The position numbers were made by a program, and so were the translations under genes. Positions 46,221 through 57,844 of a DNA stretch of 62,740 bases are shown here, one piece after another. Under the pieces are notes generated by a model. The model worked only from the letters and a program-made list of their open reading frames with translations. It ran no database searches and was not told where the DNA came from. The DNA is from an uncultured virus (IMG/VR IMGVR_UViG_3300021365_002389) (Duplodnaviria > Heunggongvirae > Uroviricota > Caudoviricetes), in the IMG/VR virus record IMGVR_UViG_3300021365_002389, positions 62,001 through 124,740 of that record; one strand, written 5' to 3'. Position 1 is the stretch's first letter, and each line of letters begins with the position of its first letter.

Positions 46221-46688
46221 TTATCTGGTGTACATATCTGCAATATCAGCAGCCCAAGCATCAGGCTTTACTTTTATAGGGAATCCCATACCTTGAACCA
46301 GTCCTATTATAACATTAAGCATCCTATAACTTAAGGCTGTTTCTTTTGTATTAACATCTGCATGAATCGTAGGCGGGTCGCCGGTAATGTCCTGTACCAT
46401 TTTCGCAGCCTCTAGCGATACTATTGTTTCGTGCAGTAATCGCTCAGTTATATTATTAAAGTTGTCTATTTTGTTTCGCTGATATGCCACCAAGGCACCA
46501 TGACCATTCTCTCGAAAACATATTGTTGTGCTAATGATGGTGTGGTCCGCATACGATTTACTATCGGTGCCTACATGAAACGTGAAACGGTCTGCTTCAA
46601 ATCGTTTTTGAATACGTTGTCTGATATCAGCGATGGGCTTACCGCCCAATGATACCCAATTGTCAGTCGTTAGATGGTCCAGCATCAA
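46221..46688 (-). CDS. RNase H-like YkuK/DUF458 family protein
   Basis: VGTDS, RLLHE...S, IHADVN, KPDAWAA..AD; start uncertain. Confidence 0.8.
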   Translation of the reverse strand: MMLDHLTTDNWVSLGGKPIADIRQRIQKRFEADRFTFHVGTDSKSYADHTIISTTICFRENGHGALVAYQRNKIDNFNNITERLLHETIVSLEAAKMVQDITGDPPTIHADVNTKETALSYRMLNVIIGLVQGMGFPIKVKPDAWAADIADMYTR

Positions 46689-46929
46689 TGTCCTTAATTG
46701 TGTCTCGTGCCATGATTGCGGCTAGTAGACCCAAGCAGGCCAAACTAATTGCACTAGCTATCACATATGTCGTAAAATCTTTTAGCATATATCAACTAAT
46801 ATATCCTATTTTTAGTCTAAGTCAAGTCTTTGTTTAATTTTATCCATACCGAGGATGGAAAGGTAGACTGGGTAATAGGCAACTGTAACCGCCAGCGTAT
46901 AAATCCTATATACCATCTCATCAATTTGC

Positions 46930-47106
46930 CTACGGTTCATCATCCATATCCTCCAACAGCCTCAGTACCGTTCGGGTGCGGGCAATCATATAAAACAGTG
47001 CGAAAAAGTATCCAAACGTAAACCCTGTTATGGTGTCTGCAAACAAATCATACAGGATACAAGCTATTAAGAATATAATTGAAAAATAATAAAAACTCAT
47101 GTACAT
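46930..47106 (-). CDS. Small two-TM membrane protein
   Basis: Two hydrophobic segments. Confidence 0.55.
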   Translation of the reverse strand: MYMSFYYFSIIFLIACILYDLFADTITGFTFGYFFALFYMIARTRTVLRLLEDMDDEP

Positions 47107-47441
47107 CAATTGTTTTGAAGGTAGATACCACATGTTTTCTCCAATATTTTGATGGCCTCTTCTGAACTCTCAGTTAGGCTGCTCATTAAAACTAAATCAT
47201 CCTCACTTAGTTTAACATACTCTTCGTCTTCGCTTAAGTCATTTTCAGTCAAATCTTCAATGACAAAATCTAAATGGTTAGCTACCGCAGAGACAGCCCT
47301 AGCGTAAGCCAAAGCATCCATGATAGGAAACTCAGGGTCTGGACTTTCTGCTATAGAGCAAAGATACTCAAGATCGGCAGTCAGTTTTTCCGCTGCATTT
47401 AAAATGGTGCTAATCTTTATTCCGTACTTTTGCTTAGTCAC
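47106..47441 (-). CDS. Acidic helical hypothetical protein
   Basis: Likely GTG start overlapping the SLT stop (GTGA). Confidence 0.6.
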   Translation of the reverse strand: MTKQKYGIKISTILNAAEKLTADLEYLCSIAESPDPEFPIMDALAYARAVSAVANHLDFVIEDLTENDLSEDEEYVKLSEDDLVLMSSLTESSEEAIKILEKTCGIYLQNN

Positions 47442-47923
47442 CTTTTTGCCCAGCCTATAAACTTTCTTTTGAATATGACTCGCATCTTGTGAACTTTTGT
47501 AGCGTACTCTAAAATCTTTTCTTTGTTCTTGGAGTTTTGCCAATTCGGGCCACCATTATAGCAGGCTGGCAAATTAAGACCAGCACATGATTTATATTTC
47601 CTCATCTCTTCAAGGACCACAACTGCTGCTACCGTAGCATGGTTAGCACTGGACATATCAACCAAGAATTTCTGGCGATTTTTATAACCCCATTTGCGTC
47701 CCCAGAAATTATAATTTATTTGGAACAAACCATAATCACCAGTATGAGATATGCGTCCGGTCTTAAGCCGGGACTCAACCCAGGCAAGAGCTACCATAAA
47801 ATATGGATCCTCTTTAAGAGTGATTGATTGGTCAATGATTACAGCAGCATTAAGTTCTTGTTCCGTATCAAAGTACGACGGAAAGTTGTACGCAAGTAAG
47901 GAAACTAAAACAAACTCTACCAT
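47438..47923 (-). CDS. Lytic transglycosylase (SLT domain)
   Basis: VES, DYGLFQIN, CYNGG; N-terminal signal anchor. Confidence 0.82.
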   Translation of the reverse strand: MVEFVLVSLLAYNFPSYFDTEQELNAAVIIDQSITLKEDPYFMVALAWVESRLKTGRISHTGDYGLFQINYNFWGRKWGYKNRQKFLVDMSSANHATVAAVVVLEEMRKYKSCAGLNLPACYNGGPNWQNSKNKEKILEYATKVHKMRVIFKRKFIGWAKR

Positions 47924-48525
47924 CAGTCAAAACTAATGTCCACATCTACCTTAATATTGAGCTTAGGTACTCTAAGGTGATTGACAAGTCCATGTTTCTT
48001 TGCTTCTTGGGCATCCATAAACCAATCAGCATGTTTTTTATTAAAAACCTTTTTCTTAAAGTAGTCGTCTTTTTTACCGCAGTTACGAGCCATCATGGTA
48101 AAGATCTTTTCGTCAAGTCGTTCAGCTTCTTTGACATCGGCTTTCATCTCTTCTATTTTGCCGAAGCACCCACTACTGACATCATGGATCATAATCGTAG
48201 CGTTAGGATCGGCGAATCTCATACCCTGCTCTCCAAAAGTTAAAAGCACTGCGCCGCATGACATTGCTTTGCCCTCAACAATAGTAGCAACAGGTATCTC
48301 GGCTGACTCGATGGCTGAAATCATCGACATCAATGAGTATACTTGTCCACCATATGAATCGATAACAATTGGAATCACAGGCTGACCACTGTTATGAGCC
48401 GCAGCCATCTCTTGGTGAAACTTTTTAGCTGAATCTTCTGTAAACTTGTTAACGTTTACGATTACCGGAGGTTTTCGTAAGTCAATCTCTTTGATCAGCG
48501 GGGAAACTTTAGAAGTCCAAATCAT
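47923..48525 (-). CDS. clpP: Clp protease proteolytic subunit
   Basis: IDSYGG.V, GKAMSCG (Ser), IMIHD (His), DWFMDAQEAKKHGLV. Confidence 0.88.
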   Translation of the reverse strand: MIWTSKVSPLIKEIDLRKPPVIVNVNKFTEDSAKKFHQEMAAAHNSGQPVIPIVIDSYGGQVYSLMSMISAIESAEIPVATIVEGKAMSCGAVLLTFGEQGMRFADPNATIMIHDVSSGCFGKIEEMKADVKEAERLDEKIFTMMARNCGKKDDYFKKKVFNKKHADWFMDAQEAKKHGLVNHLRVPKLNIKVDVDISFD

Positions 48526-48528
48526 ATT

Positions 48529-48786
48529 CTATCCTTTTAATAATTGTTTACCTTTATTTAAATACTCTCTGAGATCGTCATAACCACCAATAAACTTTTC
48601 TTGACCCTCTGTTATTTCAACAACAACAGGAACAGTCTCCCAGCGATATGTGCTCTTTATCTCATTAAGTAGCTTGGGTTGGTTATCAAGTGCATAGCAC
48701 TCAAACTCCTTCTGTCTCTCTGCCAACAATCGGATGGCCATTTGACAATAAGGACAATCGGTCTTTGTGTACAGTCTAAACTTCAT
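48529..48786 (-). CDS. Glutaredoxin
   Basis: CPYC, TVP, FIGGYDDL. Confidence 0.92.
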   Translation of the reverse strand: MKFRLYTKTDCPYCQMAIRLLAERQKEFECYALDNQPKLLNEIKSTYRWETVPVVVEITEGQEKFIGGYDDLREYLNKGKQLLKG

Positions 48787-49519
48787 TTAATATCTCCATT
48801 TGCACAGGGTGAACCTTTTCATATGTAGTATTTCCAAAACGCACACGGTAGAACTCTCTTCCTACATAATCGTTATCTACGAGAGACTTTCCGAGAATGA
48901 TCCCACATGGGTGGTCTCTTCCGGACATGTTTTGTTTCGTGTCGCCGACAGAATTCCAATCAACATCTGGATGAAAATACCCAACACGAGGTGATACCAG
49001 CGTGCCCGGCTTAAAAGGACTGTCTTCGTCAATGATAGTATCTAACTCTCCGTCTGCGCCTGACCAAGACTTACGCATCATGGTCATGGTCTGCCTGTGA
49101 CTAAATACAGTAGAAAAAGCTGCAAAGGTCTTCAAGTTTGATCTAAAATACCTGTTGTTGTGAATAAAAACTTTTGACGGAAGACATAACATGTTCTTTT
49201 CTGATACTTTAAATCTCTTCTTACCCTTGTCAATTGTAAAAGATATTTGCCTGTAACCGTTATCATCACGACCTTCATAGTGCAAATTTTTGCACCAGAT
49301 AAATCGACCCTGGCGACAAAGCGTTTTGTTAGTGGGGTTGTGCAATACGTCTTTTAAGAACACCAGCCGACAACAAGAGGTGTCACTAATGGGCGATGGA
49401 TTATATCTTCTTCTTGCAAACTCCTCATAAAAGAGATTTTGCTTAAGTCCCAAAGATGTTTTAATCGTTGTATGAGAACAATAATTATCAAACAAGTCAC
49501 CCCAGGTTGGGAAGCTCAT
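48776..49519 (-). CDS. Hypothetical protein with C-terminal SH3-like domain
   Basis: FKPGTLV...CGIIL...YRVRF. Confidence 0.65.
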   Translation of the reverse strand: MSFPTWGDLFDNYCSHTTIKTSLGLKQNLFYEEFARRRYNPSPISDTSCCRLVFLKDVLHNPTNKTLCRQGRFIWCKNLHYEGRDDNGYRQISFTIDKGKKRFKVSEKNMLCLPSKVFIHNNRYFRSNLKTFAAFSTVFSHRQTMTMMRKSWSGADGELDTIIDEDSPFKPGTLVSPRVGYFHPDVDWNSVGDTKQNMSGRDHPCGIILGKSLVDNDYVGREFYRVRFGNTTYEKVHPVQMEILNEV

Positions 49520-49827
49520 GTCTCTCTATCCTGTAACATGTCACAAAACCGCTCAAACGAACCGATTACAATCATCTCAGATTTGCGAAAAGAGTTACCA
49601 TCAACAATAAATGTACTGAACTTTGTCCCATCAGGGAATGCTGCCTCCATTTTTGAGAGACCAGCCGAGGTAGTAAACTCGTGAGGGTGGACTGATACAA
49701 CAAAACTCTCGTTGATAAGAGCATCCCTTGTATCAAAGATGTTTTCAAAGCTTGCGTACTCTGAACCATCAGGCCGCTCTTTGATTACTTTTGTTTGTCT
49801 TTCATAAACTTCTGAAACCTTAAGCAC
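49516..49827 (-). CDS. Hypothetical protein
   Basis: 103 aa ORF in overlapping chain. Confidence 0.65.
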   Translation of the reverse strand: MLKVSEVYERQTKVIKERPDGSEYASFENIFDTRDALINESFVVSVHPHEFTTSAGLSKMEAAFPDGTKFSTFIVDGNSFRKSEMIVIGSFERFCDMLQDRET

Positions 49828-50038
49828 GGGACATTACCTCCATTGTATCTATTGTCCGAACAAGCCAGTCATTTCCTTTGACATGGACTTTGTGATATAT
49901 ATCTTCTTTATTTATTTGAGGCTCAACCATAACTGCGTAAGTTGGCTCCTCAAGTTTAATCCACTTCTTTACAGTATGATTATCGATCAGCATGATATCT
50001 GATGGCAGATAAACCAGATCACCCTTTCTGGGTTTCAT
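49820..50038 (-). CDS. GDLV-type SH3/KOW-like mini-protein
   Basis: MKPRKGDLVYL. Confidence 0.6.
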   Translation of the reverse strand: MKPRKGDLVYLPSDIMLIDNHTVKKWIKLEEPTYAVMVEPQINKEDIYHKVHVKGNDWLVRTIDTMEVMSRA

Positions 50039-50426
50039 GGTTAGCCTCCTGATCATCGGCTTCACTCACCGCCGCTATCTTGTCGAGGAAGGACTCTAGT
50101 CCCTGCATATTTTTCTTGACCTCGTTGAGCTTTTCCATGTTGTCAACGACTGGGATAGCTTGCTCAACTGGCTGGGGCAGCATTGTCTCAAACTTTGCCT
50201 TTTCAAAACTCAACATCATTTGCTGGTACTGCCTAAGTTGTCCGGCAGACATATCCACCAAGCGCAAAACTTCCGTAATTGCATCTAACACACTTCCATC
50301 TAAAACAGTGAAGTCAGACAAGAGGTCAGCAGCAGCACGAAGGTTGTGCTCTTCCGAACAGGCTAAAACTGCCATCGTGCCCTCCACCTCACCTACATCG
50401 GTCTCAAAACTAATTGTTGCTCGCAT
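50019..50426 (-). CDS. Hypothetical helical protein
   Basis: AAGGAGG RBS and TATAAT upstream. Confidence 0.7.
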   Translation of the reverse strand: MRATISFETDVGEVEGTMAVLACSEEHNLRAAADLLSDFTVLDGSVLDAITEVLRLVDMSAGQLRQYQQMMLSFEKAKFETMLPQPVEQAIPVVDNMEKLNEVKKNMQGLESFLDKIAAVSEADDQEANHETQKG

Positions 50427-50478
50427 ACACTAAATCCTCCTTAACAGGATTATACATCATTGTCTGATGTTGTTTAAG

Positions 50479-51114
50479 TTATTTCTTTTTCTTTGCCGCA
50501 GCTTTCAAGCAGCGGTCTTCAAGCTTGACGTTCTCGCCATTCACAAGGATGGTTGAAGAGGCGTAGAGACCCTTGGCGTGGTTAGCCACAACTAGACCCA
50601 TCTGGTCGTGAAGCTTAGGATTACTGACCAAGTTGAAGTTTGCACGAACCTTGCACAAAGATCCGATAGGGAAGGCAGGCGGCTCAGTCGCAGCCTTGAT
50701 GGCCTTCAGGGCATATTTGTTTTTGGCGAGAGCATTGAACTGCTTTTCGGTGGGAACAAAGTCCTCATCCGTGGCAATCTTGAGAGACAGGTCACGGAAG
50801 TACATGGTTGTGGCGTAGTAGTTCGCACAAATAAGAGCAGTCTCACGGTGCTCCGCCTTGTAGGACTGAGCCCAGCGTTCCCGCTTGAGTTGTGACTCAG
50901 GAGAGTAGCGTTGCTCCATACGCTCAACGCACTCAATCTGTTTGTGACTCAACTTGCCGCCATCTTCAAACTGGCTCTTGAGAGACTCAGCAAACTTGCG
51001 GTCACCCTCTGACAGCTTCTTAGCCATCAAGGACTCGAAGCGAGCCTCGCCGTTCTGAACTTCAAGGCGCTCTGCTTTTTGAGGGCGGGCGTACATCTGG
51101 CTCCAGTAAGACAT
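50479..51114 (-). CDS. Hypothetical early protein with C-terminal SH3-like domain
   Basis: FAESL..Q......LS.KQ motif; FPIGSLCKV...MGLVV. Confidence 0.7.
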   Translation of the reverse strand: MSYWSQMYARPQKAERLEVQNGEARFESLMAKKLSEGDRKFAESLKSQFEDGGKLSHKQIECVERMEQRYSPESQLKRERWAQSYKAEHRETALICANYYATTMYFRDLSLKIATDEDFVPTEKQFNALAKNKYALKAIKAATEPPAFPIGSLCKVRANFNLVSNPKLHDQMGLVVANHAKGLYASSTILVNGENVKLEDRCLKAAAKKKK

Positions 51115-51242
51115 TATTTGGAATCTCCAAGGTGAGATGAGCCACCCTTGCGGAGCAACGCAAGAAGGTTTTTATTGGGGATGACGTGTCCTAGTTTCTT
51201 CTGACCGTCATAGCACTCGTAGATCACTACCTTGTAAAACAT

Positions 51243-51296
51243 ATCTCTCTCCCTTACATATGTATAGTATCATACTTCTAAGGTAGGTCAAGTTTT
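51243..51296 (-). promoter_or_regulatory. Early-type promoter + RBS (copy 7)
   Basis: AAAAC-TTGACC-16-TACTAT, extended TG, RBS AAGGGAGAGAGA; precedes a short unlisted ORF and then 50479..51114. Confidence 0.8.
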
Positions 51297-51299
51297 ATT

Positions 51300-51707
51300 T
51301 TATACTTTATACATTTTTATCCACGCATAACGGGAACGTGCCACCGGATAGTTATGAACCATTTCATTCTGATAGGCTTCTTGTTCTGCACGAATTCGAT
51401 GGTAGGCCTTATGAGCAGCAGACCGGTATTCATAGCCACGGGTTGTTTTCTGCCCTTTCCAATCATTTTTATATTTCCAAAGCCCAACCAGATAATCAAG
51501 CAAATACAAAACGACAAACCCAATGACACCTGTTTCTAGCATTTGTTGGAAGTGTATTGTCTCATGTCGTTTCGTAAACTCGTTTATCTTGCTTCGACTA
51601 AAAACTAAAAAGAATAGAGTGATAGCCCCGATATTAATGGGAGCTATGTGAGATAACCATACAGGAATCCTACTGTCCTCAAAGAAAAAAGGTTTCCAGT
51701 TCTTCAT
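51300..51707 (-). CDS. HExxH membrane-associated metallopeptidase-like protein
   Basis: AITL, RHETIH..Q, AY..I.AEQEAY; start MKNWKP. Confidence 0.6.
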   Translation of the reverse strand: MKNWKPFFFEDSRIPVWLSHIAPINIGAITLFFLVFSRSKINEFTKRHETIHFQQMLETGVIGFVVLYLLDYLVGLWKYKNDWKGQKTTRGYEYRSAAHKAYHRIRAEQEAYQNEMVHNYPVARSRYAWIKMYKV

Positions 51708-51839
51708 TTTATTCTCCCCATTCTTCCCACATCCAGCGGGTTTCAATATGTTTCTGTAATCTCTTCTCGGTTTCTTTTAATTTGATGCGGTAATATATCG
51801 TAGGGACAGAAAATACAATCGCTCCTAACACGAAACCAG

Positions 51840-52298
51840 TCATCTCATCATCAAATCCATGAAGTGCTTGACCCACATACCACCAGCGGCAGTGGCTATA
51901 AGCCAAATAACCTTTTGAGCACCCTGTTTCCAGTCCTGAAGTTTAGCAAACTCAATCTGAAGTGCTTCAAATTGTTCTAGCTCTTTGTCTGCGTGTTTTT
52001 TCCAGACAACTAACTCTTTGGCAAAGTCTAAAGCAGGTTTCGTTTCTTTCACATAGGCGTTACGAATTCTAGACTCTGACTCAAGTTCCTTAACTCGACT
52101 AAACAATCCCGAATCAGGTTCATAAAGGGTTTGCTTAACACCCCTCACAGCATCCAGAACTTCTGATTGTGCTGCTTTGATGTGCTCAACATCCCCTGCC
52201 AACTTGTCAAAACCACCATTGAGCGACTTGGCACTAGTAATCTTGTGCTCCATGCTCTCTACTTTTTGCAAAACAATTTTTAAAAGTTCGTCGCTCAT
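51840..52298 (-). CDS. Coiled-coil protein with C-terminal TM (XhlA/holin-like layout)
   Basis: Heptads, GLFSRV..LE, C-terminal hydrophobic helix. Confidence 0.55.
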   Translation of the reverse strand: MSDELLKIVLQKVESMEHKITSAKSLNGGFDKLAGDVEHIKAAQSEVLDAVRGVKQTLYEPDSGLFSRVKELESESRIRNAYVKETKPALDFAKELVVWKKHADKELEQFEALQIEFAKLQDWKQGAQKVIWLIATAAGGMWVKHFMDLMMR

Positions 52299-52313
52299 AG
52301 GGAACCCTCATAT

Positions 52314-52346
52314 AAAAAAAGACCAGCACAAAATATACTGGTCTTT
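52314..52346 (-). terminator. Hairpin/terminator downstream of groEL
   Basis: AAAGACCAG...CTGGTCTTT inverted repeat with a T7 tract on the minus strand. Confidence 0.6.
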
Positions 52347-52393
52347 ATGTATGAAACCGGCTGTCTTAATAAATAGTCGCTAGACTTGCATTT

Positions 52394-54137
<1,744 letters not shown>

Positions 54138-54141
<4 letters not shown>

Positions 54142-55130
54142 TGCCTTACCCTAAAACTCTTCAGTTGTTTAGCCCTAAAACTCTTCAGTTGTTTAGCCCA
54201 GCGTTGCTGCTGTTGCTCCTTGAATAGCTTTTTAAATTTCTTGGTGGCAGCTTTTTTCTTCTTCTCTAGCTCCTCAGCACGCATCCGCTGGACTTGCTCA
54301 TTGGCAGCAGCAATGTGATCCGGGTCGATACCATTTAGAATAAGAATTTCGCTCGACTTATTGACTAGTTCTCCCTCTTTGGCCTGACCACCATGCATCC
54401 CATAGGACCAACCAGTCTCAATGATCTCGTAACCCTGATATAGGTCCCTAATATATTTGCTATCGTTATAAGAAATGATCCAATTATTCTTTTCTTTTAT
54501 TGCCTTTGCGAAACCAACGTGGTCAAAACCTTTATGGGTTGAACCGTTGTCACCATAGAGGACTGGGTTGTCGATAGCATAAGGAGGGTCTGCGTATATG
54601 AATGTATCGTCATCATGTTTTGCTATGCTATCCTTGAAGTCTGCGTGCTTGACAGTTAGGAAGGGACATAGGAACTCTTTAAGTCGGTCAATACTACTTT
54701 GGGTGAACCGCTTGTCCGCAGCCTGTTGTGAGTAACCGCCGCTCGTAGTTGCCCCGCTAAATGATGAGCGATTCAAAGCATAGTACATACAGGCTCGGTA
54801 TTGCTTGTAGTTCCGGTGAGTGCTGTCCATATGAGTCCAGCAATGCTTCTTTTGATATTCTTTAAACTTTAACTCAGTACAGGGATGGAATAGTGATTCA
54901 AGTGTTTCGGCCATATACTCTGGATCCTCCAGAGCATACTGCCAGAAGTTGACTAGTGGCTCGAAGATCTCATAGCCATGAACTCGTACACCTTGACTTG
55001 CGTAATGAATCTCAATGGAACCACCGCCAAAAAACGGACTGACCATTTCTGTCATGTCTTTTGGGAAATAAGGTGTGATCCATTTGAGTGCTCTAGTTTT
55101 ACCACCTGGGTATCTTAAAAGAGATTTCAA
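54138..55130 (-). CDS. Dam-like (D12 class) N6-adenine DNA methyltransferase
   Basis: LRYPGGK, PFFGGGS, LNRSSFSG, YADPPY, ISYND. Confidence 0.9.
54149..54199. repeat. Exact 24-bp tandem duplication at the 3' end of the methylase
   Basis: CCCTAAAACTCTTCAGTTGTTTAG x2, encoding AKQLKSFR x2. Confidence 0.9.
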
Positions 55131-55142
55131 CTATCCTCACTT

Positions 55143-57332
55143 TCATCTTTTTATATTTGCTGCCGGCAATTTAAACTTGTTAAACTTCTGAGCCGATGGT
55201 GGTTTTGGATTCCCATCTGCTCCCCCAATAGTATCATCATCAACTGGACCTGTTAAGTCTAAAGGCGTTCTTGATCCGTCTTCTTTTATTTCTACTGCCC
55301 CACCAACAGCGTCAAGGGCTGCCTTGTTGCAATACCAAGAGCCGCATTGGGCTGAAGCGAGGGCACCTTCTTTGTCCCAGACAGCTTCCACCTGAAAGTT
55401 ATCATTCATAACGTGAGTAATGGCTCTGTTTTCTGCTGGGAATATCCCAAACCTAACGCTTTGCATTGAATATGGGACTTTCGGACCATAAATATCCTTC
55501 GGCATAGAAATCTGGATGCCGGCTGCCGCATCAACGGCGGATTGTGCTGCCGCCTCGGCTTCTTTTCTTTTGCTGAATTTCTTAGTACCGGACCTAGGAC
55601 CAAACATTTTTCCTGAGACGCCTTCTCCTCGGCCTCCCTCTGCTCTTCTGAGTAGTAGAATAGGATGATAGCCTCTTCCCATCACGTTATCAATTTCTTC
55701 GTCTATTTCCTCATCAGACATATCAGTCATTGACGGATAGCCGCTAAATTGTGCTGGACCGAACACATGAACAAAACCATCCGGGACTAGAACACTTGGG
55801 TCCCCCTCTGTCTTCTCTTTTAAAGTTAAAGCAGCCCCTTCTGGAATCTGAAAAGTGGCATTAACATAGTCCAGTCCATGGTTGGCTTTTTTGGTTTGTG
55901 GATTGACCGTACCAAAGTCCTCTCCAAAAACTGCCTTAAGTTTTAGCATTCGATTTTTTATTGTTTTTGTGATCACCATTCCGTAAGGCACACTACCGGG
56001 ATTCATTCTCTTTAGAACGTTCTCGCCCCCTTGTTTTTGCCATTCGTAATAACGCAGAGGGTCGCCATCCGTCTTTGCATCTCTCCTGTCGTATAATATA
56101 AAATTAGCCGCCGCTTTAGCAAAGTCATTAATCTCTTTCATGGCTTCGCCTGGGATGTTAGAGAACCCGCCCCACTGGTTAAAGTTACTGGGTTTATTTC
56201 CGTCTTTGGCGGATAAGAAATATAAACTATTTCCGGATTTGTCTTGTAAAACAAAATCTGTTTTTGGGTCTCCAACTCGTCCCTTTGTTTTTCGCTTAGG
56301 TCCGCTTATGATATTTGCAACTCCGCTAACTGTCCCAAGACCGTTAGGGAATTCAATCGTAACAGGTTGTCCATTGTTTTTTTCTATGGCTTCTTGAAGG
56401 GCTTGTTGAAATTCAGATAGTTGTCGTCCCTCGGCTGTGCCGCCGGCACCCATGCCCTCGCTCAGGTCCATTTTCCATGGGACATCAACCACTTTGCCAT
56501 CAGCAGTTGGGAATTTAAACACCATGGATAGTCTGACTAAAAAACCTTTCTTGTATATGTCGCCCTCTTCGTCCTTAACTACTTGTATATCAGCACCATA
56601 AGCACCATCATCCAACGCCTCTCGAATCTTCTCTAGTGCCTCGTTTCTATTGGCACGATTACCAGCGTTGGTCAATCGCCACATCCTCCCAAGATTTCCC
56701 TCTTTTTCGAGGGTGGGGTTTTTAATTTTTTTTCCGTCTATCTTCCATTCTTCGGCAGTATTATCAATCCAGCCCTTTCCGAAGTATTTTTCTAGTTCTT
56801 TGAGGGCTACTTTGCTGACATTATCGTAAAGCTCTTCCGGGCTCTTAGGATTACCTAGGCTATCTAGTTTGTCTAGTAATTCGTTGTATTCTTCAGAGCC
56901 AAAAAATTGGGCAGTCTCTTTATCGGGAACACCTAAAAACTCAACGAGCGTATTGTCTATCAAGTTGTTAATATACTGAAGACCTTCCCCGATCTTTACT
57001 GTCATGTCGGGGAGCATCTCTTGTTGTTTTTCTATTTCCCTTATCAAAACTGGGGAGTGATGGTGTAGGTCTTCAATAACATCCGGACACCAACATGAAT
57101 TAACCGCAGCCATAACATAGTGCTTAACGCTGTTTGCGTTGTCACCTTCTAAAAACATATCGCTGGAGAAAACGTCATGCTGCCGATCGTTCAGTGTCTC
57201 CCAGTCTTTATAATACATACCATTAGCCTGGAGCCTTCGATCAAGCTCTTTTATTTTTCGTGAGAATTCATCATTGACAGCAGGACTGCCAACTAAAATC
57301 TCGATCTGATCGGGTCGAAGATCCTGATCCAT
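55143..57332 (-). CDS. Large protein with a putative restriction-endonuclease-like domain
   Basis: AEGRQ...PKTDFVL...FLSAKDG...FNQWGG (variant PD-x-SxK). Confidence 0.5.
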   Translation of the reverse strand: MDQDLRPDQIEILVGSPAVNDEFSRKIKELDRRLQANGMYYKDWETLNDRQHDVFSSDMFLEGDNANSVKHYVMAAVNSCWCPDVIEDLHHHSPVLIREIEKQQEMLPDMTVKIGEGLQYINNLIDNTLVEFLGVPDKETAQFFGSEEYNELLDKLDSLGNPKSPEELYDNVSKVALKELEKYFGKGWIDNTAEEWKIDGKKIKNPTLEKEGNLGRMWRLTNAGNRANRNEALEKIREALDDGAYGADIQVVKDEEGDIYKKGFLVRLSMVFKFPTADGKVVDVPWKMDLSEGMGAGGTAEGRQLSEFQQALQEAIEKNNGQPVTIEFPNGLGTVSGVANIISGPKRKTKGRVGDPKTDFVLQDKSGNSLYFLSAKDGNKPSNFNQWGGFSNIPGEAMKEINDFAKAAANFILYDRRDAKTDGDPLRYYEWQKQGGENVLKRMNPGSVPYGMVITKTIKNRMLKLKAVFGEDFGTVNPQTKKANHGLDYVNATFQIPEGAALTLKEKTEGDPSVLVPDGFVHVFGPAQFSGYPSMTDMSDEEIDEEIDNVMGRGYHPILLLRRAEGGRGEGVSGKMFGPRSGTKKFSKRKEAEAAAQSAVDAAAGIQISMPKDIYGPKVPYSMQSVRFGIFPAENRAITHVMNDNFQVEAVWDKEGALASAQCGSWYCNKAALDAVGGAVEIKEDGSRTPLDLTGPVDDDTIGGADGNPKPPSAQKFNKFKLPAANIKR

Positions 57333-57337
57333 GGCTA

Positions 57338-57802
57338 CTAGAAATTCTTAAGTTCTTGCTGAATTAAATCTCGGATAGAATCCAGAGATTCCTTTTTCAT
57401 GGCCTTGCCAATGGCTTTGCGGCGCTTCTTCAGATACTCGTCGCTGCTATCAGTGTCGCCATCGTTGTCAACGTCGGCATCTTCTTTGCCAACTGCGTCC
57501 ATCTTTTCGTCTTTACGATTAAAGCCAGGGAATCTCTTTTTGCCAGATCCTCCGCCGCCGATGCCACCCATGCCAGAGCCTGCGCCGGGTCGTCGATAGC
57601 CACCGCTTCTGCGCTTTCTTTCTTCTTCGTCTTTAATGCGTTGCAATTGCCGGCGGCGCTCACGGGCGTCGTCGTCTCTCTCCCGATCAAGAGCATCCAT
57701 GTAGCCCTCATCAGTTCTTTGCTCATCTTCAAGCAGAATCTTTTCGTATTCTTCTTTGATAATTTGCGATAACCTTGCTTTGGAAATTTTATATTGGGAC
57801 AT
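57338..57802 (-). CDS. Leader-bearing charged protein with DxDNDGD loop
   Basis: KISKARLSQIIKEEY..ILLE; VGKEDADVDNDGDTDSSDEYLKKRRKAI. Confidence 0.7.
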   Translation of the reverse strand: MSQYKISKARLSQIIKEEYEKILLEDEQRTDEGYMDALDRERDDDARERRRQLQRIKDEEERKRRSGGYRRPGAGSGMGGIGGGGSGKKRFPGFNRKDEKMDAVGKEDADVDNDGDTDSSDEYLKKRRKAIGKAMKKESLDSIRDLIQQELKNF

Positions 57803-57844
57803 TATTATTTTTTCTCCTCAGAAAATAGAACTATCTATAAATAG

